Shown: positions 31,105-41,525, counted from the stretch's first letter. The stretch: DNA of 59,293 nucleotides from an uncultured Halieaceae bacterium (GCA_913052635.1 CAJXDE010000001.1:1-59293); one strand, 5' to 3'. Made by a program: numbers and translations. Notes: a model not told the origin generated them from the letters alone.

Positions 31105-31185
31105 CCTGGAGACTCGTTGAGCGAAACCGCGATCATACCTTAGGGCGTGATCCCGAGGCATCATCAGGCGCTAAGAGCGGGAGGT

Positions 31186-32106
31186 TTAAGTGTCGGTGAA
31201 TTCGCCCTCTCTGCCCAGCAGATAGCACACCCCATCGAGACCACAGTGGGTGACTTCAACGGGGCTCGCGGCGCGCACCGCGGGCTTCGCATGAAAAGCC
31301 ACACCCAAGCCCGCCATCGCCATCATGTCGAGATCGTTGGCGCCATCACCCACCGCGATACAGGCATCCACGCCAATACCGAGGCGGGTGGCGAGGGCCT
31401 GTAAGGCTGCTGCCTTGTGCTCTCGATTCACGATGGGTGGAACCACCCTGCCGGTGACCTTGCCAGATGCGATTTCCAGTGTATTCGCTACCACTTCATC
31501 AAAGCCGTAATCCGCCTGCAGTCGCTCTGCTATCGGCATAAAGCCACCGGAGAAAATTGCCAGCGTCATTCCCTGCGCCTTTAGGGTGGTGGTCATTTCC
31601 CGCAGGCCCTCTTTCACAGGCAGCCGGCCAACCAATTCATCGACTGCGCGAGCATCGAGGCCTTCTAAAAGCCCAAGTCGGGTGCGATAACTCTCATCAA
31701 AATCGAGCTCGCCACGCATCGCTTGAGCGGTGATCTCGGCGACCTCTTCGCCGACGCCGGCCCTAGCTGCGAGCTCATCAATGACCTCGCAGTCAATGAG
31801 CGTGGAGTCCATATCAAAGACCGCCAACCGATAGGACCGACAGCGCGCAGCACGCGGCTGCAGCGCGATGTCGACGCCATATTGATCAGAAAGGTCTCGC
31901 AGCCCAGAGGAGAGGCCCTCGGCATCAGCACTATCGACCAGCAGATTGTGGACGGTGCGACGATCGGACAATGTCACCGGCACCGGCACAGTGCGTGTCT
32001 CAATGACTTCAGCACCCGCTGCCTGCGCGACGTCAGCGACCTGATCGACCTCCATTACCGCTCCCTGGGGCACCATCAGGACAATCATGTGTGTCGCATT
32101 CACCAC
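31186..32106 (-). CDS. serB: Phosphoserine phosphatase
   Basis: HAD motif FDMDSTLI, EVIDELA, AMRGELDF, SGGF, GDGANDL, AFHAKP. Confidence 0.95.
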   Translation of the reverse strand: MVNATHMIVLMVPQGAVMEVDQVADVAQAAGAEVIETRTVPVPVTLSDRRTVHNLLVDSADAEGLSSGLRDLSDQYGVDIALQPRAARCRSYRLAVFDMDSTLIDCEVIDELAARAGVGEEVAEITAQAMRGELDFDESYRTRLGLLEGLDARAVDELVGRLPVKEGLREMTTTLKAQGMTLAIFSGGFMPIAERLQADYGFDEVVANTLEIASGKVTGRVVPPIVNREHKAAALQALATRLGIGVDACIAVGDGANDLDMMAMAGLGVAFHAKPAVRAASPVEVTHCGLDGVCYLLGREGEFTDT

Positions 32107-32201
32107 AGGGGTCTCTATTTGGCAGGAGAAGATATGTCGCTCTCACCCGACAGCGGCATGTCGTGAGTTTATACTGATCCTGACGTCATCGGAGATTCTC
32201 T

Positions 32202-33476
32202 TTGGAGCAACTATTGCAACGTTTGCGTAATCAACCGCTGTCGCAGCAACTGGCGCTCGCGGCAGCAGGTTGTTGCCTGCTGGCCACCTTGACTCTGGTT
32301 GGGGTCGCCGCGCAATCGACGCAATCCATTCAGAACGCGACGCTGGCCGAGCACGCCGACGCCGCCGTTCGGCAACTTGCCAGTCGGGCCAGCGCCGAAC
32401 TGGCTGCTGGTGACCGGCTGCGATTGGTCGCCGAGCTCCAGTTTTACACCGACCAAACCCTGTTCGCTGCGGCGAGGGTTCTCGATGTGGACGGCTTGGA
32501 AATCGCCACTCGAGGGGCCGTACCGACTGATGCCACGGCGCACCGCTACCGGGTGCTGATCGATGGAAATACCGCGGGCAACGTTGAGCTGTATCTGGAT
32601 TTAGAAGCACAGCGCGCGGCGCGGGAGACCCTCATTTGGGGATTGATCGCGCTGTCTGTGCTTTTAAGCACCGCGGTATACACCCTGACAAGACCCATGG
32701 GTCAGCGACTGGCTAGCAATATCAGCGAGGCCGTTGCCCAGCTGGATGCCATCACAGAAGAAGGCTCAACCTCCGTCAACGAGGTGCACAAGTTGCGGGA
32801 CCGTATCAACGCGTTGCCGCTGGACTTGCTGAAGCCGCGTGACATCGAGGAGTCGGGTGAGGAGCACTACAGCGATACTGCGATCCTCTGTATCGCACTC
32901 AAGCACTTGCCCGGCTACCTAGACACACTCGATGAGTCCCGTCTGCAAGGCTATGTCTCCAGCCTGCACCGCATGGCGCACGGGAGTGCCGGTTTTTACT
33001 GCGGGGATCTCAGTGTAATACGCCAGTTTGGACTGGCTATCTATTTCTCGGGATCTCATGCCGCGGGTTCGCCGGTGTTACGTGCCGCGAGTTGCGCCTG
33101 GCTATTGTCCCGTTGCAGCGAGATTGCCGAGAAGCAAGAGCGGCTTTCGTTTACCCCTGGCATGGCGATCGGTATCAGTGAGCTGGGGCGCGGCGATGAC
33201 GAAGATATCTACCCCGGCCTCTATACACAGGCAACGCTGGATGAATTACTGGCGCTCGCCCAGCAGGATCTAGATGGCATTTTGCTGTCGTCGCGAGCGG
33301 CAGAAGACATCGGTCTGACCACACGGATTGGCATTGATGTCATCGACGAGCAGTGGATGGCGCTCGGCGATATCGGCGGCAGCCACCTCGATCTGCTAGA
33401 GCGGCAACTGCTCATTCTGCAACGCGCCATTTCACCCAGCGACGACGAGACGCCGCAAGGGTTTCTTCCTTTCTAG
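32202..33476 (+). CDS. AhpA/YtjB(SMP)-like membrane protein with periplasmic domain and degenerate cyclase-like cytoplasmic domain
   Basis: Two TM helices flanking a ~110-aa periplasmic region; divergent from serB and convergent with parC, as in Pseudomonas; family assigned from synteny and topology. Confidence 0.7.
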   Translation: MEQLLQRLRNQPLSQQLALAAAGCCLLATLTLVGVAAQSTQSIQNATLAEHADAAVRQLASRASAELAAGDRLRLVAELQFYTDQTLFAAARVLDVDGLEIATRGAVPTDATAHRYRVLIDGNTAGNVELYLDLEAQRAARETLIWGLIALSVLLSTAVYTLTRPMGQRLASNISEAVAQLDAITEEGSTSVNEVHKLRDRINALPLDLLKPRDIEESGEEHYSDTAILCIALKHLPGYLDTLDESRLQGYVSSLHRMAHGSAGFYCGDLSVIRQFGLAIYFSGSHAAGSPVLRAASCAWLLSRCSEIAEKQERLSFTPGMAIGISELGRGDDEDIYPGLYTQATLDELLALAQQDLDGILLSSRAAEDIGLTTRIGIDVIDEQWMALGDIGGSHLDLLERQLLILQRAISPSDDETPQGFLPF

Positions 33477-33496
33477 CAATCAGTCAGGCGAGTGGG

Positions 33497-35797
33497 TCAG
33501 TCGGCCACCACTTCCAGACGCGTCACCCGCTGATAGCCCTTCGGTAACTTACTGCCCCGGCGCCCTCGCTCCCCGCGGAAGTGCTCCAGCTCGGACCACT
33601 TGAAGTTGCGATAGTGCCCACCCGACGTGACCTGAAGGGTATCGCCCTCAGTGACCACGCAGAGTCCGGCCACAAACTCCTCGCGCGCCGCCGCCCGAGC
33701 AGACTGGATGCCAATCAACTTGTTGCCCTTGCCCCGCGCCATCTCCGGGAGGTCCGCCAACGGGAACACCAGCATGCGCCCCTCATTGGTGGCCACCACC
33801 ACAAGCGGCTCTTCGCCTTCTGCAATGGACGCTGGTGGTAGCACCTGCGCGCCCTTGGGCAAGGTGAGCACCGCCTTTCCGGCCTTATTTTTCGCCTGCA
33901 GCTGGCCGAACTGCACCACAAACCCATAGCCTGCGTCACTCGCCAACAAGTAGCGATCCCCCTCCGCACCGGTCAACAGCCCTTCAAAGGTGGCACCAGA
34001 TGGCGGGTTAATGCTTCCGGTCAGAGGCTCTCCCTGACCACGGGCGGAGGGTAGCTGATGTGTCGGCAAGGTATAGGCTCTGCCAGTGGAGTCGAGCACC
34101 ACCGTTGGCAGGTTTGATTTACCCCTGGCCGCAAAGCGGAAACCATCACCCGATTTGTAACTGAGCGACGCCGGGTCAATATCGTGACCCTTGGCAGCGC
34201 GAATCCAGCCCTTCTCGGATACCACAATCGTCAGTGGATCGGAGGTGGTCAGCTCCAGCTCACTGAAGGCCTTGGCTTCCTCGCGCTCGGTGATGGGCGC
34301 ACGCCGGTCGTCTCCGTGAGTCTCAGCCACTGCCTTCAGCTCGCGCTTGATCAAGGTCTTGAGACGCGCGTCACTGCCGAGAGTTTTCTTCAGCCCGTCA
34401 CGCTCTTCCGCAAGCTCATCCTGCTCACCGCGGATTTTCATCTCTTCGAGCTTCGCAAGGTTACGCAGCTTCAGATCCAGGATGGCCTCTGCCTGCACAT
34501 TGGAGATCTTGAAGGTTTTCATCAGCACGGGTTTAGGCTCGTCTTCCCCGCGGACAATGCGGATGACCTCATCGATATTGAGAAACGCAGCGAGGTAACC
34601 CTCGAGAATATGGAGCCGACGCTCTACCCGCTCCAACCGATGCTGCAAGCGGCGCTTGACCGTCGTCTTTCTGAAAGCCAGCCACTCCTTGAGAATCGTC
34701 ACCAGCGACTTCACCGCCGGCCGGCCGTCGATGCCAATCACATTGAGGTTCACGCGATAAGTGCGCTCAAGATCAGTGGTAGCGAACAGATGGCTCATGA
34801 CCCCATCGACATCGATGCGATTGGACCGAGGCACCAGTATCAGGCGCGTGGGGTGCTCATGATCAGACTCGTCGCGCAAATCCGACACCATAGGCAGTTT
34901 GCGGGCCTGCATCTGCGCCGCGATCTGCTCCAGCACCTTGGCGCCCGAGACCTGATAAGGCAGCGCGTGAATCACGACCGCGCCGTCCTCGATGGCATAG
35001 GCGGCCCGCGCCCGCAACGCGCCCCGCCCGGTCTCATAAAGCGTTTTGAGATCATCCGCCGGCGTGATGATCTCGGCTTCTGTGGGGAAGTCCGGTCCTT
35101 TAATGTGCGTGCAGAGGTCTGCGAGCGTCGCCTTGGGTGAATCCAGCAAGTGAATGGTGGCCGCGACCACTTCATTGAGGTTGTGGGGAGGAATATCTGT
35201 CGCCATGCCAACGGCAATACCCGTGGTGCCATTCAGCAACAGGTTGGGCACCTGCGCAGGCAGCACGGTGGGCTCTTCGAGGGTGCCATCGAAATTAGGC
35301 TGCCAATCCACCGTTCCCTGACCGAGCTCCGCGAGCAGTACCTCGGCGTAAGCCGTCAGGCGTGATTCGGTGTAGCGCATGGCGGCGAACGATTTGGGAT
35401 CATCCGGCGAGCCCCAGTTCCCCTGCCCGTCGATCAATGGGTAGCGGTAGGAGAAATCCTGCGCCATCAACACCATCGCCTCGTAGGCCGCGCTGTCGCC
35501 GTGGGGATGAAACTTACCGATGACATCTCCCACCGTGCGCGCCGACTTTTTATATTTTGCCGACGCTTTCAGCCCGAGCTCACTCATGGCATAGACGATG
35601 CGGCGCTGGACAGGTTTGAGGCCATCACCAATATGCGGCAGGGCGCGGTCGAGAATCACATACATCGAGTAGTCGAGATAGGCTTTCTCTGCATAGTCAC
35701 GCAGGGACAGCTGCTCGACGTCGACCGAAGGCTGCATCATGTCTATCATCCTACTGGGGCTCTCTCTGGGGGCGTCAGGCTCGGCAGCGTGCGTCAC
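33497..35797 (-). CDS. parC: DNA topoisomerase IV subunit A
   Basis: [47 protein letters not shown]; the start could be a few codons downstream. Confidence 0.97.
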   Translation of the reverse strand: MTHAAEPDAPRESPSRMIDMMQPSVDVEQLSLRDYAEKAYLDYSMYVILDRALPHIGDGLKPVQRRIVYAMSELGLKASAKYKKSARTVGDVIGKFHPHGDSAAYEAMVLMAQDFSYRYPLIDGQGNWGSPDDPKSFAAMRYTESRLTAYAEVLLAELGQGTVDWQPNFDGTLEEPTVLPAQVPNLLLNGTTGIAVGMATDIPPHNLNEVVAATIHLLDSPKATLADLCTHIKGPDFPTEAEIITPADDLKTLYETGRGALRARAAYAIEDGAVVIHALPYQVSGAKVLEQIAAQMQARKLPMVSDLRDESDHEHPTRLILVPRSNRIDVDGVMSHLFATTDLERTYRVNLNVIGIDGRPAVKSLVTILKEWLAFRKTTVKRRLQHRLERVERRLHILEGYLAAFLNIDEVIRIVRGEDEPKPVLMKTFKISNVQAEAILDLKLRNLAKLEEMKIRGEQDELAEERDGLKKTLGSDARLKTLIKRELKAVAETHGDDRRAPITEREEAKAFSELELTTSDPLTIVVSEKGWIRAAKGHDIDPASLSYKSGDGFRFAARGKSNLPTVVLDSTGRAYTLPTHQLPSARGQGEPLTGSINPPSGATFEGLLTGAEGDRYLLASDAGYGFVVQFGQLQAKNKAGKAVLTLPKGAQVLPPASIAEGEEPLVVVATNEGRMLVFPLADLPEMARGKGNKLIGIQSARAAAREEFVAGLCVVTEGDTLQVTSGGHYRNFKWSELEHFRGERGRRGSKLPKGYQRVTRLEVVAD

Positions 35798-35883
35798 CCT
35801 ATAATCTCGATCGGGTTATCCTAACGCACCCTCGTGCGGGAAGACCATTTAACCAACGCTTTAATGGATTGAGGAGACTCTCC

Positions 35884-36354
35884 ATGGCGCTCAATCCAGA
35901 AACGCTTCGCAATGAGCTGGTCTGGCGCTGGCGACACTTTGCGGTGTTCAGCGGGCCAGAGTGGCATCGGGTGCTTAGCCTCCGCACGGCGATATTTGTC
36001 GTGGAACAAACCTGCCCCTATCAGGAGGTCGACGACCAGGACCCGCTGTGCTGGCATCTGGAGTTGACGCATCAAGGCACGCTGATCGGCACTCTGCGGG
36101 TTTTACCTCCCGGGGTGGCCTACGACGAATGCTCCATCGGCAGAGTGGCCATCAGGGCCGATTATCGCGGGCTCGGGTTGGGCCGGGACCTAATGGACAT
36201 GGCGCTGGCATTCTGTGATGGCCGGTGGCCCGCAGTGCGCCTCAGTGCTCAGGCCTACCTGCAACCATTTTATGAGTCACTGGATTTTGCGGCGATGTGC
36301 GAACCCTATCTCGAAGACGATATTCCCCACATCGAAATGTTGAGATCGCGCTGA
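35884..36354 (+). CDS. elaA: ElaA-family GNAT acetyltransferase
   Basis: FVVEQTCPYQEVDDQD, IGRVA, RGLGLG, LSAQAYL..FY, YLEDDIPHIEM. Confidence 0.88.
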   Translation: MALNPETLRNELVWRWRHFAVFSGPEWHRVLSLRTAIFVVEQTCPYQEVDDQDPLCWHLELTHQGTLIGTLRVLPPGVAYDECSIGRVAIRADYRGLGLGRDLMDMALAFCDGRWPAVRLSAQAYLQPFYESLDFAAMCEPYLEDDIPHIEMLRSR

Positions 36355-36389
36355 GTCTTTGAGATCGCTGTATGGGGTTGCCTGCCCCG

Positions 36390-38204
36390 TCAGGCAGCAT
36401 TCCGCGAAGCGCGCCTGCGCTCGTGCTCCAACAACAGCTTTTTGCGCAGCCGGATACTGTCGGGAGTGACTTCGACCAACTCGTCTTCGTCGATGAACTC
36501 GAGCGCCTGCTCCAGGCTATGCAATACCGGCGGCGTGAGAATGACTGCTTCGTCAGTGCCCGATGCCCGCACGTTGGTCAGCTGTTTGGCTTTGGTGGGA
36601 TTGACCACCAAATCATTACCCCGGCTGTGTAAGCCCATTATCTGGCCTTCATACACATCCACATTGGGCTCAATGAACAGGCGTCCGCGCTCCTGCAGGC
36701 TATGAAGCGCGTAGGCTAGGGTCTTACCCGAGACCATCGAGACCAGCACGCCGTTGTTGCGCGCACCCAGCTCAGACTTGGCCACCGGTCCGTAGTGATC
36801 GAACACGTGGGTCATGATCCCCGAGCCCGAAGTCAGCGTCAGAAACTGCGATCGGAAACCAATCAGGCCGCGCGCAGGCACAATAAATTCCAGGCGTACC
36901 CGGCCGGCACCATCGGTGACGAGATTCTGCAACTCCGCCCGACGCAGACCCACCTCCTCCATCACGCCGCCCTGATGGGCTTCCTCGCAGTCGATCACAA
37001 GGTGCTCATAGGGCTCACACAATTTGCCATCGATTTCTTTTTGGATGACTTCGGGTCGCGATACACCGAGCTCGAAACCCTCGCGGCGCATATTTTCAAT
37101 CAGCACCGAGAGGTGTAGCTCACCTCGTCCTGAGACCTTGAACTTGTCGGGGCTGTCGCCCTGCTCAACGCGCAGCGCCACATTGTGAATGAGCTCCCGC
37201 TCCAATCGCTCCTTGATGTTGCGCGACGTCACGTACTTGCCCTCGCGGCCGGCAAAGGGCGAATCGTTCACCTGGAAAGTCATGCTCACCGTCGGCTCAT
37301 CGACCGTCAGCGCTGGGAGTGCCTCGGGCGCCGCGGGGTCACAAAGGGTGTCCGAGATATTGAGCGCGTCGATGCCGGTCACGCAAACGATATCCCCCGC
37401 CTCGGCGCGGTCTGCCTCGACCCGCTCAAGACCCAGATAGCCCATGACCTGGAGCACCTTGCCATTACGGTTCTCACCTTCGCGATCAACCACCGCCACG
37501 ATGGTGTTGGGCGTTAACGCTCCCCGAGTAATCCGCCCGACACCGATGACACCGACGTAGCTGTTGTAATCGAGCGCTGAAATTTGTAGCTGCAGACCGC
37601 CGTCTGCCTTCACCTCGGGCGGCGCCACCTTATCGACGATAGCCTGAAACAGCGGCGACATGTCGGCCGCCATGTCCTCAAAATCCTCTCCGGCCACACC
37701 GTTAATCGCCGATGCATAAATCACGGGAAAGTCGAGCTGCTCCTCAGTTGCGCCCAGAGTGTCAAACAAATCAAACACCTGATCCACCACCCAGTTCGGC
37801 CGGGCACCGGGGCGATCGACCTTGTTCACCACAACAATCGGGTTGAGACCGCGCTCAAAAGCTTTAGCGGTCACAAAACGGGTCTGGGGCATCGGCCCAT
37901 CCACGGCGTCGACCAAGAGCAGCACGGAGTCCACCATTGACAACACGCGCTCGACCTCGCCGCCAAAATCGGCGTGGCCGGGGGTGTCGACGATGTTGAT
38001 GCGATAATCGTTCCAGTTAATGGCGGTGTTCTTCGCCAGAATCGTTATGCCGCGCTCACGTTCCTGATCGTTGGAATCCATGATGCGCTCGGCACCCGCG
38101 TTCTTTCTATCCAGCGTGCCGGACTGCTGTAAGAGGCAGTCCACCAACGTCGTTTTGCCGTGGTCTACGTGGGCAATAATCGCGATGTTGCGGAGTGCTT
38201 TCAT
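36390..38204 (-). CDS. typA: Ribosome-associated GTPase TypA/BipA
   Basis: [46 protein letters not shown]. Confidence 0.97.
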   Translation of the reverse strand: MKALRNIAIIAHVDHGKTTLVDCLLQQSGTLDRKNAGAERIMDSNDQERERGITILAKNTAINWNDYRINIVDTPGHADFGGEVERVLSMVDSVLLLVDAVDGPMPQTRFVTAKAFERGLNPIVVVNKVDRPGARPNWVVDQVFDLFDTLGATEEQLDFPVIYASAINGVAGEDFEDMAADMSPLFQAIVDKVAPPEVKADGGLQLQISALDYNSYVGVIGVGRITRGALTPNTIVAVVDREGENRNGKVLQVMGYLGLERVEADRAEAGDIVCVTGIDALNISDTLCDPAAPEALPALTVDEPTVSMTFQVNDSPFAGREGKYVTSRNIKERLERELIHNVALRVEQGDSPDKFKVSGRGELHLSVLIENMRREGFELGVSRPEVIQKEIDGKLCEPYEHLVIDCEEAHQGGVMEEVGLRRAELQNLVTDGAGRVRLEFIVPARGLIGFRSQFLTLTSGSGIMTHVFDHYGPVAKSELGARNNGVLVSMVSGKTLAYALHSLQERGRLFIEPNVDVYEGQIMGLHSRGNDLVVNPTKAKQLTNVRASGTDEAVILTPPVLHSLEQALEFIDEDELVEVTPDSIRLRKKLLLEHERRRASRNAA

Positions 38205-38442
38205 AACAATTCCGAGCTACTAGAGATGGGGGGGCCGTCAGCGCGCGCGGAGTGTACACCAGCATCGGGAAATTGGTTCATTACAAAATAGCGAACCTTG
38301 CAAAACAAACCCTCTCCCAAAGCAATAGATAACCCTTTCAAACGACGTTGAAATGGGGCCTTACCGGCACCCGGAAAAAAAATTGCGCTCGAGTGGTGGC
38401 GCAAAGGTGAGCAAAAAGTCACAGCACGATTTTTGATGCACC

Positions 38443-38477
38443 AAATAAAACCCCCCTGAAGCGGTGCTTGAGGGGGG
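38443..38477 (-). terminator. Intrinsic terminator of glnII
   Basis: Minus strand CCCCCCTCAAGC-ACC-GCTTCAGGGGGG-TTTTATTT, 24 bp after the stop. Confidence 0.8.
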
Positions 38478-38501
38478 CCCAAAACGAAAAGGGACGACGC
38501 C

Positions 38502-39512
38502 CTATGCGAGCGCCTCTTTAGTCGTTTTGACGATGGCTGCCGAGACCTTATAAGGGTCTGCATTGGATGCGGTTCGTCGATCCTCGAGTCTACCAATCCA
38601 GCCGTCTGTGTGCGTGGTCACAGGAATTCTGATGGAAGCCCCTCGATCAGAGATCCCATAACTAAATTCGTCTATAGATTGTGTTTCATGATCACCAGTA
38701 AGCCTCTGATCATTGTCCGCACCATACACGCTAATGTGCCGCTCAATATTTTTTCCAAACTCTTCACAGATCTTAGTGAATACAGCTTCCTCTCCCGCTG
38801 TCCTCATTACTTCGTTGGAGAAATTGGCATGCATACCCGACCCATTCCAGTCTAACTTCCCGAACGGCTTGGGGTGCCAGTTAATGGAGAAACCATACTT
38901 TTCACCTACTCTCTCCAGAAGATATCTGGCGACCCAGGTTTCATCTCCAGCCCTTTTGGCGCCTTTGGCGAACACCTGAAACTCCCACTGGCCTGCGGCG
39001 ACCTCGGCATTGATCCCTTCCACGTTGATACCCGCAGCTAAGCACATATCAAAATGCTCTTCGACGCACTCTCTACCGAAGGCATTCGCCGCACCGACGG
39101 AACAATAGTAGGGCCCTTGAGGACCTGGATATCCGTTCACCGGGAATCCGGGCGGTAATTGGGTGTCAACGTCCCAAAGGAAGTACTCCTGCTCAAAACC
39201 GAACCAGAAATCGTCATCGTCGTCATCGATGGTGGCCCTACCGTTAGATACGTGCGGAGTGCCATCGGCATTCAACACCTCGGTCATGACCAAAAACGCG
39301 TCCTTGCGGCCTGGATCTGGGTAGATCGCCACCGGCTTCAACAAACAATCCGAACTGCTTCCGTCCGCTTGCTCTGTGGAACTTCCATCGAAGGACCACA
39401 TAGGGCACTCTTCCAACGTGCCTCCAAAGTTATCTCGCACTTGGGTCTTGCTTCGCAGGCTTTGGGTTGGCTGATAACCATCTAGCCAAATATATTCAAG
39501 TTTAGCTTTCAT
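38502..39512 (-). CDS. glnII: Glutamine synthetase type II (GSII)
   Basis: 336 aa; KLEYIWLDG...LRSKT, WSFDGSST.QA, WFGFEQEY, PQGPYYC.VG, NAEVAAGQWEFQ, DWNGSGMHANFS, RLTGDHET, DRGASIRIP, LEDRR.ASNADPY; start ATG 39512 behind RBS GGAGA. Confidence 0.93.
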   Translation of the reverse strand: MKAKLEYIWLDGYQPTQSLRSKTQVRDNFGGTLEECPMWSFDGSSTEQADGSSSDCLLKPVAIYPDPGRKDAFLVMTEVLNADGTPHVSNGRATIDDDDDDFWFGFEQEYFLWDVDTQLPPGFPVNGYPGPQGPYYCSVGAANAFGRECVEEHFDMCLAAGINVEGINAEVAAGQWEFQVFAKGAKRAGDETWVARYLLERVGEKYGFSINWHPKPFGKLDWNGSGMHANFSNEVMRTAGEEAVFTKICEEFGKNIERHISVYGADNDQRLTGDHETQSIDEFSYGISDRGASIRIPVTTHTDGWIGRLEDRRTASNADPYKVSAAIVKTTKEALA

Positions 39513-39629
39513 TTTGAGTACGTCTCCGGACGGTGCATCAAGATACAAAAATAACAGCTTCGATTAGCTTGTCGACAATACTTCTCGCGACGCGTTGTTG
39601 TGCGTTGAAGCATTGTTATCCTGCATCAC

Positions 39630-39644
39630 GCAAGAACCATGCCA
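39630..39644 (-). promoter_or_regulatory. sigma54 (-24/-12) promoter of glnII
   Basis: Minus strand TGGCATGGTTCTTGC (GG-N10-GC). Confidence 0.85.
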
Positions 39645-39704
39645 GCGAAGTCGCATTTTAAGCTCCTGATATTCCGATGGTTTCTATTGAAGCCCTACAC
39701 AGAC

Positions 39705-39752
39705 TGCACCAATAAAGCGCATCATTAGCACAGAGCGCACCAAAATGTGGCA
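39705..39752. promoter_or_regulatory. Tandem NtrC binding sites (enhancer)
   Basis: TGCACCAATAAAGCGCA (39705-39721) and CGCACCAAAATGTGGCA (39736-39752), 31 bp apart, resembling consensus TGCACC-N5-GGTGCA; a further half-site ATGGTGCA at 39819-39826. Confidence 0.82.
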
Positions 39753-39868
39753 AATTTGCCGTCTTGCAGCTTATAATAGGCCCTGGTGGTCAGTGGTTGC
39801 GCCCTCTGAAGAGAAATAATGGTGCAAACATACGACATGCCTACACACTAAAAGCGTTGTTCACCAAT

Positions 39869-39884
39869 TGGCACAGCGCTTGCA
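39869..39884 (+). promoter_or_regulatory. sigma54 (-24/-12) promoter of glnA
   Basis: TGGCACAGCGCTTGCA (GG-N10-GC), near-perfect consensus. Confidence 0.9.
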
Positions 39885-39968
39885 AGTATTTTTCATCTAT
39901 TAAATGCCTAGGCACTTATCTACTTTAGGGCCCGGTTCACGCTGCGCGCTTTTTTAGAGGAAAGCAAT

Positions 39969-41375
39969 ATGTCAGAGCATACGCTCAGCTTAATTAACAA
40001 CAATGACGTCCGCTGGGTGGACCTCAGATTCACTGACACCAAAGGAAAAGAACAACATGTTTCTATCCCCGCGAGTTTAGTGGATGAAGACTTCTTCGAG
40101 GGTGGCAAGATGTTTGATGGATCGTCCATTACCGGATGGAAAGGGATCAATGAGTCCGACATGATCCTCATGCCCGACGGAAACACAGCAGTGCTGGATC
40201 CTTTCACTGACGATCCCACAGTGATTATCCGTTGCAATATCGTGGAGCCTGCCACCATGCAAGGCTATGACCGGGATCCTCGAAGCATTGCCAGGAAGGC
40301 TGAGGCCTATTTGGCGTCAACCGGGCTAGGGGACACTGCGTTCTTCGGCCCCGAGCCAGAGTTCTTTGTTTTTGAGGACGTGAAGTGGAATGCGGGCATG
40401 AGCGGCGCCAGCTACGAGATCAACGCCGAAGAAGCGGCCTGGTCCTCCAATCTTGACTTTGAAGACGGTAACACTGGCCACCGCCCTAGGGTTAAAGGTG
40501 GCTATTTCCCGGTGCCGCCCGTCGATTCACTGCACGATGTCCGCGCTGCAATGTGCTCCGCACTGGAACAGATGGGCCTGAATGTTGAAGTACACCATCA
40601 CGAAGTAGGCACTGCTGGGCAGTGTGAGATCGGGGTCAAGTTCAACACGCTGGTATCGAAAGCAGACGAAGTGCAGATCCTGAAATACTGCGTCCTAAAC
40701 GTCGCGCACGCCTATGGCAAGACCGCCACCTTTATGCCTAAGCCTCTGGTCGGGGACAACGGTTCGGGAATGCACGTGCACCAGTCCATCGCGAAGGAGG
40801 GAGAAAATACCTTTGCAGGAGAAGGCTATGCGGGACTGTCTGATACCGCGCTCTACTACATCGGCGGCATCATCAAGCACGCGCGTGCGCTTAATGCCTT
40901 CACCAATGCCTCCACCAACAGCTATAAGCGCTTGGTGCCAGGCTTTGAGGCACCCGTGATGCTGGCCTATTCAGCGCGCAACCGATCGGCGTCAATTCGT
41001 ATTCCTTACGAGCCCTCACCAAAAGGGAAGCGCATCGAAGTGCGCTTCCCCGATCCGACCGCCAACCCCTATCTCGCTTTTGCCGCCATGCTGATGGCGG
41101 GCATCGACGGTATTCAAAACAAAATTCACCCAGGCGATGCGGCGGACAAGGATCTGTATGACTTAACCCCACAGGAGGCAGCGGATATCCCAACCGTCGC
41201 CTCCAGTCTTGAAATGGCATTGGATGCGCTTGAATCAGATAAGGGCTTCCTCACGGCAGGTGGCGTGTTCACAGATGACATGATCGATGCCTATATCGAG
41301 CTGAAACGAGAAGAGGTGGAGCGCCTGAACATGACCACCCATCCTGTCGAATTTGATATGTACTACTCCGTTTGA
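39969..41375 (+). CDS. glnA: Glutamine synthetase type I (GSI-beta)
   Basis: 468 aa; [50 protein letters not shown], adenylylation-site motif DKDLYDL. Confidence 0.98.
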   Translation: MSEHTLSLINNNDVRWVDLRFTDTKGKEQHVSIPASLVDEDFFEGGKMFDGSSITGWKGINESDMILMPDGNTAVLDPFTDDPTVIIRCNIVEPATMQGYDRDPRSIARKAEAYLASTGLGDTAFFGPEPEFFVFEDVKWNAGMSGASYEINAEEAAWSSNLDFEDGNTGHRPRVKGGYFPVPPVDSLHDVRAAMCSALEQMGLNVEVHHHEVGTAGQCEIGVKFNTLVSKADEVQILKYCVLNVAHAYGKTATFMPKPLVGDNGSGMHVHQSIAKEGENTFAGEGYAGLSDTALYYIGGIIKHARALNAFTNASTNSYKRLVPGFEAPVMLAYSARNRSASIRIPYEPSPKGKRIEVRFPDPTANPYLAFAAMLMAGIDGIQNKIHPGDAADKDLYDLTPQEAADIPTVASSLEMALDALESDKGFLTAGGVFTDDMIDAYIELKREEVERLNMTTHPVEFDMYYSV

Positions 41376-41393
41376 ACGTATCTATTAGAAACG

Positions 41394-41439
41394 AAGGGCC
41401 ATCACGAAAGCCCTTGACGAAGAGCCTTCGCGGCTTTTC
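41394..41439 (+). terminator. Tandem hairpins after glnA (probable terminator)
   Basis: AAGGGC...GCCCTT followed by GAAGAGCC-TTCGC-GGCTTTTC. Confidence 0.6.
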
Positions 41440-41455
41440 CGTGGCAGAGCCGCCA

Positions 41456-41472
41456 CGCACCAATTTGGTGCG
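41456..41472. promoter_or_regulatory. Strong NtrC site upstream of DUF4124-ntrB-ntrC
   Basis: CGCACCAATTTGGTGCG, near-perfect palindrome matching the NtrC consensus. Confidence 0.85.
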
Positions 41473-41525
41473 TATGGAGTGATTGTGTTGTCTAAACCAT
41501 CGCAATTTTTGACGGGACGCAAGCA

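Noticed and set aside
34184-35140. 318-aa plus-strand ORF, and similar long antisense ORFs (21243-21965, 22625-23227, 29665-30309, 56539-57294)
   Set aside because: Antisense to well-supported genes; expected in GC-rich DNA; no motifs
35470-35520. Possible quinolone-resistance substitutions in ParC
   Set aside because: QRDR reads [12 protein letters not shown], so the Ser80 and Glu84 equivalents are wild type
39513-39968. Glutamine riboswitch or sRNA in the glnII-glnA spacer
   Set aside because: No recognisable conserved structure by eye; the space is explained by two sigma54 promoters and NtrC sites. An Rfam/Infernal scan would be needed to exclude it.
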